DNA of 41,263 nucleotides. Origin: an uncultured Acetatifactor sp. GTDB lineage: Bacteria > Bacillota > Clostridia > Lachnospirales > Lachnospiraceae. Positions 1-8,357 of the stretch are shown here, in pieces. Position 1 is the stretch's first letter, and each line of letters starts with the position of its first letter. The notes beneath the pieces were generated by a model, which did not search any database, was not told the DNA's origin, and was given only the letters and a program-made list of their open reading frames with translations. The stretch lies in NCBI GenBank assembly GCA_948496895.1, contig CAOOJO010000001.1, forward strand, positions 1 to 41,263, read 5' to 3'. Both the position numbers and the translations under genes were made by a program.

Positions 1-23
1 ACTATGCTCACTGTCTTAGGCAT
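1..23 (-). CDS. 5' fragment of next gene (MPKTVSIV...), probably a GT2 glycosyltransferase; runs off the window edge
   Basis: ATG at 23-21 lies just after the epimerase stop (25-27). 'VSIV' resembles the first beta-strand of GT2 enzymes. Only 7 full codons are visible. Confidence 0.35.
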
Positions 24-24
24 C

Positions 25-909
25 TTAGCTCTCCGTCAGATGCACGGATTCCCGGAACCCGTACACTCTGTATTCTTCTCTGTAGTCGCTCAGTTCCTTC
101 TCATAGACCATATTTCCGAAGGCCTTGTCCACAAGCCCCCCGAGCTTTCCCCCCATTTTGCCAAGCAGCCACAGCGCCGGATGGAAGACCCCGGTGAGGC
201 GCATCCGCTTCCCATGCTCCGCCGCGATAGCCGCCACCATATCCGCCGTGCGCACATACTCCGCGTTCTGGGGATAGAAAATCCCCCGCTCCCCATTCTC
301 CACCATCAGCTCCACGAACCTGCACAGGTTCCCGATGTAGAGCATGCTCCGCCGGTTCTCCTCCTTTGGAAAAAAGGGGAGCTTCACCGCCAGCTTTGCC
401 AGAAGCGGATAATTCCCCTTTGAACCCTTCCCATATATCATTGGCGGCCGCAGAATCACCACCCGGAAGCTGTCGCTGTCCAGTCGCTTCAGGCCCTCCT
501 CCGCCCGCACCTTGCTGTCCCCATAGAAGTTAGCCGGAGCTAACGGCGTGTCCCGGCCAATCACCCTTCGCTTCCCGATTCCGGCGCTGTCCCCATATAC
601 GATGATGCTGCTCATGAAGATGAACTGCCCCACGCCCTCCGCCTTTGCCTTCCTGGCGCATTCCACGGCCAAATCGCAGTTCACCTTATAGTACAGCGCC
701 TTCGTCTCCTCCGAGACCTTCCCCACATCCGCATGGGCCAGCCCCGCCACATGGAACACGCTGTCATATCCACGAAAGTCATGCCCCCGCCAGGCCTCGC
801 CCCGCATGCCCAGGGTCTGTGTGACGATGGAATCGGAACGCTCTGCTATCCAGCTCTCGAAGGCAGTGCCGATGTAGCTCCCCGCCCCGGTAATCAAGAC
901 TCTCTTCAT
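25..909 (-). CDS. NAD-dependent epimerase/reductase (extended SDR), CapN-like UDP-4-keto-6-deoxy-HexNAc 4-reductase candidate
   Basis: TGAGSYIG Rossmann motif, FHVAG, MSS catalytic Ser, YGDSK (YxxxK), LRPPMIYG; GGAGGAG RBS upstream. Confidence 0.85.
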   Translation of the reverse strand: MKRVLITGAGSYIGTAFESWIAERSDSIVTQTLGMRGEAWRGHDFRGYDSVFHVAGLAHADVGKVSEETKALYYKVNCDLAVECARKAKAEGVGQFIFMSSIIVYGDSAGIGKRRVIGRDTPLAPANFYGDSKVRAEEGLKRLDSDSFRVVILRPPMIYGKGSKGNYPLLAKLAVKLPFFPKEENRRSMLYIGNLCRFVELMVENGERGIFYPQNAEYVRTADMVAAIAAEHGKRMRLTGVFHPALWLLGKMGGKLGGLVDKAFGNMVYEKELSDYREEYRVYGFRESVHLTES

Positions 910-1057
910 CTCGGCTCCTCCCTGACAACGCAGCCCTCGTCCCGGCCCTCTGCCCCTCTCCGGCCACCGTGAGCCGTGTCCCTGTCCGCAACCTCACTGT
1001 CCCCACGGCCTCTCCTGCCTGCAGGTGCCCGGCCGCTCGCGCTACAGCTTCCGTCCT

Positions 1058-2929
1058 TCACCCCTCATCGCCCTCCGCGTGATAAGTGCCCACGATTTCC
1101 CGAATCTCCCTCCGGATATCCGCGGACTCGCTTCTGGCGGCGGCTATCAGCTTCTCCAGCTGCCTCTCGAAAATCTCCTCATTGAAATAAGTCGGTTTTT
1201 CGATGAAAATCATCTTGTTCGCCGTCTTCTCCAGGCTCTCCTGCTGTATCAGCAGCTCCTCATACATCTTCTCCCCGGGCCGCAGCCCCGTGAACTTGAT
1301 TTCGATATCCTCCCCCGGTCTGTATCCCGAGAGCTTAATCAGGTTCACCGCCAGATCCAGAATCTTCACCGGCTCCCCCATGTCCAGGACGAATATCTCC
1401 CCGCCCCTGGCATAGGCCCCCGCCTGCAGCACCAAAGACACCGCCTCGGGAATGGTCATGAAATAGCGGATGATCTCCGGATCCGTCACCGTCACCGGGC
1501 CGCCCTCCGCGATCTGCTGCTTGAACAGGGGAATCACGCTGCCATTGCTCCCCAGCACATTTCCGAACCGCACCGCCACGAAATTCGTCCTGGACCGCTG
1601 GTTCATCATCTGGATGATCATCTCGCAGATGCGCTTGGAGGCCCCCATCACATTGGTGGGATTCACCGCCTTGTCCGTGGAAATCAGCACGAATTTGTCC
1701 ACGCCGTACCTGTCCGCCGCCGTGGCGATCCGCTGTGTCCCCATCACATTGTTCTTGATGGCCTCATTGGGGCTGTCCTCCATCAGGGGCACATGCTTGT
1801 GGGCCGCCGCATGGTACACGATTTCAGGCCGGTATGTCTCAAATATCGAATTGACGCGATTGGTATTCCGCACAGACCCAATCAACATCACCAGGTTCAG
1901 CTCCGGGTATCTGCGCGTCAGCTCCTGCTGTATGTCATAGGCGTTGTTCTCATAGATGTCCAGGATGACGAGCTGCCTGGGATTGTGGGACGCTATCTGC
2001 CTGCACAGCTCGCCGCCGATGGAGCCGCCCCCGCCCGTGACCAGCACTACCCGGCCGTTTACATACTCAAGGACTTCCTCCGAATTGATTTCGATAGGCT
2101 CCCGCCCCAGAAGGTCTTCAATCTCCACCTCCTTCAGGGCGGATACGGACACGTCCCCGTTAATCAGCTGGTAAGTTCCGGGCACCGTCCGCAGCTTGCA
2201 CCCGGATTCCTTACAGATGTCCAGAATCTCCTTCTTGGTCTGGGTGTTGGCCGAGGGGATGGCGAAGATAATCTCATCAATCCCGTACTGGGCCACCGCG
2301 TCCAGAATACAGTCCCTGCCCCCCACGATGGGAACGCCCCGCATCAGCTTCCCGTGGCAGCCGGGCTGGTCGTCGATGATGCACCTGGCGCACAGGTTCA
2401 GATACTGGCTGTTCTCCAGCTCCTTGAGGATCATGTTGCAGGCCGCCCCGGCCCCGATGATCATGGTGCTGACCTTCTGCTTGCGCTCCACCATGCTGGC
2501 CCGCTTATTGTTGATAATCCGCAGGATACGATATCCGAAACGGATGCAGCAGGTGGCCGTGGTGAGCATAAAGCAGTACAGCACATAATAGCTCCTGGGC
2601 ATCCGGTTCCCCGTGGCGGTGCAGAAGATGAACTGGGCCAGGGAGGCGCATACGGAAGCCATGATGATGTTGATCAGCTCATTGGCGCTGGCATAGCGCC
2701 ACACGCTCTTATAAAGCTTCCAGATGACGAAGAAGGACAATGTCATCAGCACATTGGGCACCATGATGTTCTCATAGCTTTGGAGGAACACCGGGTCTAT
2801 GCTGTGAAAGCTGAATTCGTACCGGATGTACAGTGCCCCGAAGGACGTCACCACGATGCACATGATATCCATCAGCACCAGCGCTATGATTCGGTTCAGC
2901 GGAATCTTCGAGAACTTCCGGATTTCCAT
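1058..2929 (-). CDS. Membrane-bound UDP-GlcNAc 4,6-dehydratase, CapD/PglF/WbpM family
   Basis: N-terminal TM helices, IGAGAA, EDLLGR, VTGGGGSIG, HAAAHKHVP, STDKAVNP, MGASK, RFGNVLGSNGSV, GLRPGEK. Confidence 0.95.
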   Translation of the reverse strand: MEIRKFSKIPLNRIIALVLMDIMCIVVTSFGALYIRYEFSFHSIDPVFLQSYENIMVPNVLMTLSFFVIWKLYKSVWRYASANELINIIMASVCASLAQFIFCTATGNRMPRSYYVLYCFMLTTATCCIRFGYRILRIINNKRASMVERKQKVSTMIIGAGAACNMILKELENSQYLNLCARCIIDDQPGCHGKLMRGVPIVGGRDCILDAVAQYGIDEIIFAIPSANTQTKKEILDICKESGCKLRTVPGTYQLINGDVSVSALKEVEIEDLLGREPIEINSEEVLEYVNGRVVLVTGGGGSIGGELCRQIASHNPRQLVILDIYENNAYDIQQELTRRYPELNLVMLIGSVRNTNRVNSIFETYRPEIVYHAAAHKHVPLMEDSPNEAIKNNVMGTQRIATAADRYGVDKFVLISTDKAVNPTNVMGASKRICEMIIQMMNQRSRTNFVAVRFGNVLGSNGSVIPLFKQQIAEGGPVTVTDPEIIRYFMTIPEAVSLVLQAGAYARGGEIFVLDMGEPVKILDLAVNLIKLSGYRPGEDIEIKFTGLRPGEKMYEELLIQQESLEKTANKMIFIEKPTYFNEEIFERQLEKLIAAARSESADIRREIREIVGTYHAEGDEG

Positions 2930-2957
2930 TGCGCACCCCTCTCCTGTACCTTACTTA

Positions 2958-3566
2958 TCAATGCTTCTTCTCTTCCAGCGTGCCTGTTCCGCCCTCCACC
3001 ACGCCCTCCTGCCTGACGACAGAAGTCACTGTCCTGACCAGGCATCTTACGTCCATGGCAAAGCCCATTTTTTCCACATATTCCCCGTCCAGCTTCGCCT
3101 TCACGGGAATGGGCAGCTCGTCCCGCCCGTTGACCTGGGCCCAGCCGGTGAGGCCGGGGAGCACGTCGTTGGCCCCGTATTTATCCCGCTCCGCAATCAG
3201 GTCGAACTGGTTCCACAGCGCGGGCCTGGGGCCTACGATGGCCATGTCCCCCTTCAGGATATTGATGATCTGGGGCAGCTCGTCCAGGCTGCTCTTTCGC
3301 AGGAACCTCCCCACCCTGGTAATATACTGCTCAGGATTCTCCAGGAGATGCGTGGGAATGTCCTTCGGCGTGTCGATGCGCATGGTGCGGAATTTCAGGA
3401 TATGGAAATGCGTCTTGTGGATGCCCACCCGCTTCTGCCGAAAGAGCACAGGCCCTCTGGAATCCAGCTTGATGGCTGCCACCAGTATCAGAAATACCGG
3501 TGACAGCACTATCATGCCGAGCAAGGCCAGGATTCTGTCCACAACTTTTTTCACAGCAATGTACAT
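2958..3566 (-). CDS. Small monotopic phosphoglycosyl transferase (PglC/CapM-like initiating sugar transferase)
   Basis: FRQKRVG, KFRTM, SLDELPQ, GDMAIVGPRP, PGLTGWAQVNGR; 202 aa. Confidence 0.95.
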   Translation of the reverse strand: MYIAVKKVVDRILALLGMIVLSPVFLILVAAIKLDSRGPVLFRQKRVGIHKTHFHILKFRTMRIDTPKDIPTHLLENPEQYITRVGRFLRKSSLDELPQIINILKGDMAIVGPRPALWNQFDLIAERDKYGANDVLPGLTGWAQVNGRDELPIPVKAKLDGEYVEKMGFAMDVRCLVRTVTSVVRQEGVVEGGTGTLEEKKH

Positions 3567-3619
3567 TCGTCTACCTCACACGTTTCGGTTCAGGCAGGTC
3601 TTCCGTCTGTTTCCAAATC

Positions 3620-4621
3620 TTACATCAAATCCGGCGACCAGCCGATATCGGTATCTCCGCCGGGCGTAGGCGTGTCCTCCGGAGGCTCCGGCGTGGGTTC
3701 CGGCGTAGGCTGAGGGGTCTGGGCAGGCGGCTGTGGATTCTGCGCGGGAGGCTCAGGCGTAGGCTCCGGTGTAGGCTGGGGCGTGGGCTGAGGCGTAGGC
3801 TTTGGCGTCTGCGTGGGGGGCTTTGGCGTGGCCGTAGGGGTCGGTGTGGCTGTAGGCGCGATTGCCCCGTTTTCGTCATACGTCACAGTTGTAGTCTTGT
3901 AATCAAAATTCTCCCGGTTCGTCCACATGTCTGAGGCTGCTCCCGATCCCCCGGTGTACTCGGATTTCTTGTACTCTCCCACAATGACTCCCGCGGAATA
4001 GGTTCCCTGCTCCCACTGGATATGCCCGCTCTCACTGTCGAACAGCCATGTCTCAAACGCTCCCTCATACTTTCCGTTTGCCACACTGGCCTGCAGCAGC
4101 CAGGTGGTGCTTCCTGTCTGCTTAAGCACCAGTACACTGCCCTCCGCGCCCGGATAGAACACATTGGCATAGGGCTTCCCTTCAATGTCCAGTCCAAGCT
4201 GCAGGACAAGCAGCGTATCCCCGCCCTTCTGCAGGGAATAGCTTCTGCTGCCCTCATAGATTCCCTGGCACATGGTTTCCAGCCATTCTTCCCCGCTTAT
4301 CATGTGGATGCCCTCACCCACATATTCCGGAATCTCCAGATTCTGGCGCAGAGTGGTCATGACCTCCAGCATGGCGGCCTCCTCCTCCGCGGTCAGCTGG
4401 CCTGACTGATACTGCAGCGCCTCCGTCTCCACCGGTTCCGGTTCTGCCTCCGGCTCGGGTGTCGGTGTCGGTTCCATCAGCTCGCTCACATCCACCGGCT
4501 CCACCGGAGCGATGACGCTCTCGCTGGGTTCCCCGCCCATCTCAGTGCCGTCCCCGCATCCCGCCAGTATGGCCAGCGGCAAAATGCAGGCACCTATTGT
4601 GTATTTCCATCTCTTTATCAT
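3620..4621 (-). CDS. Lipoprotein of unknown function with Pro/Thr-rich linkers
   Basis: Basic N-terminus, hydrophobic stretch and lipobox LAG-C22; EPTPTPEP and a long C-terminal PTP(E/Q/K) tract; GGAGG RBS. Confidence 0.8.
   Translation of the reverse strand: MIKRWKYTIGACILPLAILAGCGDGTEMGGEPSESVIAPVEPVDVSELMEPTPTPEPEAEPEPVETEALQYQSGQLTAEEEAAMLEVMTTLRQNLEIPEYVGEGIHMISGEEWLETMCQGIYEGSRSYSLQKGGDTLLVLQLGLDIEGKPYANVFYPGAEGSVLVLKQTGSTTWLLQASVANGKYEGAFETWLFDSESGHIQWEQGTYSAGVIVGEYKKSEYTGGSGAASDMWTNRENFDYKTTTVTYDENGAIAPTATPTPTATPKPPTQTPKPTPQPTPQPTPEPTPEPPAQNPQPPAQTPQPTPEPTPEPPEDTPTPGGDTDIGWSPDLM
3655..3860 (-). repeat. Degenerate coding tandem repeat (PTPx units)
   Basis: Recurrent ggcgtagg/ggcgtggg units on the + strand encode PTATPTPTATPKPPTQTPKPTPQPTPQPTPEPTPEP... 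Confidence 0.8.
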
Positions 4622-4672
4622 AATATCCTCCCCATTCTGAGTCCTGTATATGCTTCCACGTATTACCGGCAG

Positions 4673-7150
4673 TTACTGCGCATCCGCGTCGCTGATCAGC
4701 TTCTGAAGAAATACATAAGCTTCCGATCCCTGTTCATAGGTGCCATTTCCCAGCAGCACCTTGGCCAGGTCATAGATGCTCCTGGCTCTTGCCGGGCCGT
4801 AGAGGATTACCTGCGCTCCATTCTTTTCCAACACAGCATAACCCCGGAAGGCGAATTCCGTCTTATACTGCTCCACCGGAATCCCCACCAGCACAGAGGT
4901 GAACCGGTATCGCCCATCCGCAATCTCAAACACCACATCCTGCCTGTTTCCATTGCTGTCCGTGCCGTAGGAGATGCCTCCTGCCACCTTGTCCCCTCCC
5001 TTTATCATGGGATACTGGCTCATGTTGGCATTGTTCATGACCAGTGTGCCGTACTCCTTCAGCATGTAGCCGTTTACACCATTTTTCGTAAGCTTCGACC
5101 GCAGCTCCGTGGAGATGCCTGTCTTGAAGCGGATGCCCGTATTGCCCGTGACGCGGATGGAAAAGCCGTGGTAGGTCAGCAAATCCTCCAGCCCCGGCTC
5201 CGCTGTAGCCGTATAAATCGTTCCGTTAAAGCTCAGGCTCCAGACATACATGCCTGTGGGCACGCCGTTTCCATCGTACTTGTATACCACCGCCGTCTTC
5301 GCGTTCCCGTCAGGCGCGGTGACGATCAGGCTCCCGTTCCGCAGCTCTCCCTGATAGGCCACGCCGTCCAGCCACATGACGCTGTCCCCATAGCCCTCCG
5401 GCAGTGCCACCACCACCTCCGTGGAGACCGTGGGAGCCTGGCAGGCCGCGGCAGGCATGTTCCCGAAGACCGGAATCTTGAAGACAAAGGTGTTGTCCAG
5501 GGAGCCAGCTCCCTCGTAGAGCCTTTTTATGCTGAGCCCCTCCGTGGTGGGGGCCGTGATGTTCTGCATGTACTGGTGCGTGTACGGGGCATACGCGTTC
5601 GGCGTCCCCTTCGGGTTCACGTTGAACTTCTGAAGGTACAGCGTATCCTGGGCCCGTTTGATGTAGTTTGCGGAAATGAAGTCCGCCCCGCCACGGAGGG
5701 CCTTGTCCACGCTGTTCCAGCCGTGCTCCCTGGCATACTGCAGGCCGCTGGTAATGACCTGCTGGTCCGTCTTGCCCGTAGCGCCCACGTTGAAATAATT
5801 GTAATAGCCCTCATATCCGCCGTAGTTTCCGGAAATCAGCGGCGAGGTCCCGTTGCCCTGCTCCTGCAGCACCCTGGCCGCCAGATGGAAGGGGCTCACC
5901 TTCCGCCCGTCTTCCCTGCCGATCTCCCAGAAAAGCTGGGCGTAAGTGGAACTGGTGCCCGGCGCTACTTTTCCGCCGTCATCGGTCATGAAGGTGCTCT
6001 TCAGGAATTTCGTCACGGCGTCCAGCGTATGGTACTGTTCATTATAGGTCAGCTGCTCGAACTGGAATATGGCATTCTCTGTCAGCGAATTCCTGGGATC
6101 CATATAGACCTCCACGGCCGCCCTGGAGGCATAGTACCAGTTCCCGGTGTCATAGAGGCCGTTCTTCGCCCAGTCCGGAAGGGTTCTGTATACCAGGCTC
6201 TTCCCTCCCTGCAGCTCCGCGTCGATGGTAGCCTGCCAGTCCAGCGTGGTATTCATCGCCACGAACGTCCAGTTGGGATGCTTCTCCTTCAGGGCCAGCA
6301 GCGCCGGGCGGTAGCTCTCCGGGAACTGATCGATGTCCGCATGCCCGGCCCGCTCCCCGTCGATGGCATAGGTGGCCGCGTTCATGCCGAACATCTCCTC
6401 CCAGGCCAGGAACCGCTCGTCCGAGCAGGCCAGGTAGGTGCGCGGCACATAGCCGTATATCTCCTGTCCCATGTAGCCCAGCTTCACATAGTGCCAGACC
6501 TCCATGTTCTCGTCCACGGCCATGTCCAGGATGTTCACCGTCTGGCCGCTGAGCACCGTAACCGCCGCTTCGCTTTCATAGGAGGGCGATACCCGCACCG
6601 GATATTCATCGCTCAGATAGACCAGCGCCATAATGTCCCGCTCCCCGGCAATCTGGGCCAGGGCCTCCCCGGCCATCCGGATCCACTCCGCGGTCTCCTC
6701 GTCCACATCCGCGAAGACACGAAAGTCGTCCATCGTGTCAGGGCCGCCCTCCCCGGAGCCGTCCCCGGAATCCTGACCACCATCCGATGACTGGCCCTCT
6801 TCCGGATCCTGCCCATCCTCCGGGGTCTGTACGCCGTCTTCTCCCGCAGCCGCCTGGTCGCCCGCCGGATTCTGGTCCTCTGCGGGCGTCCCGCCGCCGG
6901 CCGGATTCTGCGGTTCTCCAGATGTCCCGCCGCCTTCAGCGCCCTGCGCGCCCGTGTCAGCCTCGCCGCTTCCCGGCTCCCTGCTATCCCCGGCCGCGCT
7001 GCCGTCTCCCGACTCCTGCGGCTCCTGCCCCAGTTGCGTCTGCCCGGAATCCTCCGCGGCCCAGGCCACCGGCGCGGGGCCATATATGCTTCCGCCCAGC
7101 AGGGCCGTCATAGTCAATATCCCACATATGTACCTTCCGTATTTTTTCAT
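4673..7150 (-). CDS. Secreted peptidoglycan hydrolase: signal peptide, acidic disordered linker, SH3b-like domain, GH73-type glucosaminidase, unassigned C-terminal domain
   Basis: Signal peptide ending AWA-A; SH3b-like VRVSPSY...VLSGQTVNIL...WHYVK...GYVP; glucosaminidase motifs ARVLQEQG, YYNYFNVGA, QDTLYLQKFN, HQYMQNI. Confidence 0.8.
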   Translation of the reverse strand: MKKYGRYICGILTMTALLGGSIYGPAPVAWAAEDSGQTQLGQEPQESGDGSAAGDSREPGSGEADTGAQGAEGGGTSGEPQNPAGGGTPAEDQNPAGDQAAAGEDGVQTPEDGQDPEEGQSSDGGQDSGDGSGEGGPDTMDDFRVFADVDEETAEWIRMAGEALAQIAGERDIMALVYLSDEYPVRVSPSYESEAAVTVLSGQTVNILDMAVDENMEVWHYVKLGYMGQEIYGYVPRTYLACSDERFLAWEEMFGMNAATYAIDGERAGHADIDQFPESYRPALLALKEKHPNWTFVAMNTTLDWQATIDAELQGGKSLVYRTLPDWAKNGLYDTGNWYYASRAAVEVYMDPRNSLTENAIFQFEQLTYNEQYHTLDAVTKFLKSTFMTDDGGKVAPGTSSTYAQLFWEIGREDGRKVSPFHLAARVLQEQGNGTSPLISGNYGGYEGYYNYFNVGATGKTDQQVITSGLQYAREHGWNSVDKALRGGADFISANYIKRAQDTLYLQKFNVNPKGTPNAYAPYTHQYMQNITAPTTEGLSIKRLYEGAGSLDNTFVFKIPVFGNMPAAACQAPTVSTEVVVALPEGYGDSVMWLDGVAYQGELRNGSLIVTAPDGNAKTAVVYKYDGNGVPTGMYVWSLSFNGTIYTATAEPGLEDLLTYHGFSIRVTGNTGIRFKTGISTELRSKLTKNGVNGYMLKEYGTLVMNNANMSQYPMIKGGDKVAGGISYGTDSNGNRQDVVFEIADGRYRFTSVLVGIPVEQYKTEFAFRGYAVLEKNGAQVILYGPARARSIYDLAKVLLGNGTYEQGSEAYVFLQKLISDADAQ

Positions 7151-7330
7151 TTATACTCCCATCTTCCGTCCAGGCGCGCCGTTCCGCCCGCCTGACGGAC
7201 ACATAATTCTTTTGAAAGCTCCTCCCTGTCATCCGGCCGCTATCCTAAGATAACACATATTTCACCCAAATCTCCTGGTAATTCCTTCCTGGTTTCTCCG
7301 CGGAGCGCCGTCCGCGGCTCCCCCCCAGGG

Positions 7331-8320
7331 TCAGGGCCGCGTCAGCCAGATCGCGTGCAGCCTCCTGAGCCTCCTGGGCGCTATGGCGAACAGCGTATGG
7401 TAGGCTTTGTTCTTCTCCGTCAGAATCCGGCTCTTCATGGCCCTCCACCAGTTCCTGCGCAGATAGGACACGATTCCCCGATAGAAGGCATTGTTTTTGG
7501 TCATCTGGGAAATCGGGATATGCAGCAGGTACTCCAGCCTCTGGAATATCCCGAACCGGAAGGCGATTTCCTCCAGCTCCGGGTAATCCCTTTTCACGAT
7601 ACCCTCCACCATGTCCGCGTTCTCCACGCAGTCGGCATAGACCCGGGAAAAGGTCTCCCTGTCCGCCTTGCGGGAATTGCTGCCTATCCGGTAGAATACG
7701 TGGTAGGCCTGCTTCGGCAGGGACACGATCCGTTCCAGCCCCGGCAGCATGCGCACCAGCAGATGGAAGTCCTCGTTCAGCTTCCCCACAGGGAAAGCCC
7801 CCTCCGGAAACAGATCCCTGCGAATCAGCTTGGTGCAAAAGGAACAGTCCCCCCTGTGCATCAGCAGCTCTTCCATGAATTTCCTGCCCTCTATCACCAC
7901 CGGCTCTGTGGGGGGAACACAGATGTCCGGCAGGGGATTCCCCTTTTCGTCAATCTCGTCCCTGGCCACCTGGGCCGCGGATACCTGGAACTCCTGAATC
8001 CCCTGCATCAGCAGCTCGTACATGTCTGGCTCGATGTAGTCGTCGCTGTCCACAAAGCCCACATATTCCCCGGAGGCATGGGACAGCGCCAGATTCCTGG
8101 CGGAGGAGGAGCCGCCGTTCTCCTTATGATAGACCCTGATCCGTCCGTCCTCTCCGGCCAGCCTGTCGCAGAGCTTTCCCGTACCGTCCGTGGAGCCATC
8201 GTCCACCAGGATAATCTCCAGCCGGCGGTAGGTCTGGGCCGTGATGGAATGGACGCATCTGGGCAGATAGTCCTTTATATTATAAACTGGTACGATGACT
8301 GTTATCAAGGGGGTATCCAT
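7331..8320 (-). CDS. Glycosyltransferase family 2
   Basis: ITVIVPVYN, VDDGSTD, SSARN, FVDSDD, NED motif. Confidence 0.95.
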   Translation of the reverse strand: MDTPLITVIVPVYNIKDYLPRCVHSITAQTYRRLEIILVDDGSTDGTGKLCDRLAGEDGRIRVYHKENGGSSSARNLALSHASGEYVGFVDSDDYIEPDMYELLMQGIQEFQVSAAQVARDEIDEKGNPLPDICVPPTEPVVIEGRKFMEELLMHRGDCSFCTKLIRRDLFPEGAFPVGKLNEDFHLLVRMLPGLERIVSLPKQAYHVFYRIGSNSRKADRETFSRVYADCVENADMVEGIVKRDYPELEEIAFRFGIFQRLEYLLHIPISQMTKNNAFYRGIVSYLRRNWWRAMKSRILTEKNKAYHTLFAIAPRRLRRLHAIWLTRP

Positions 8321-8357
8321 TTATTTAATCTCCGTATGTTTTTCCGTTTGTCTGTAA

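Noticed and set aside
779..1006. 75-aa minus-strand ORF with an apparent RBS
   Set aside because: Overlaps the epimerase out of frame and has low-complexity G/R/A composition; the RBS-like sequence is expected in a purine-rich spacer.
1025..3016. 663-aa plus-strand ORF
   Set aside because: Antisense shadow of the CapD-like gene caused by high GC3; no recognisable motifs.
3655..3860. Repeats that might suggest a CRISPR array
   Set aside because: Short degenerate codon-phase repeats with no unique spacers and no cas genes.
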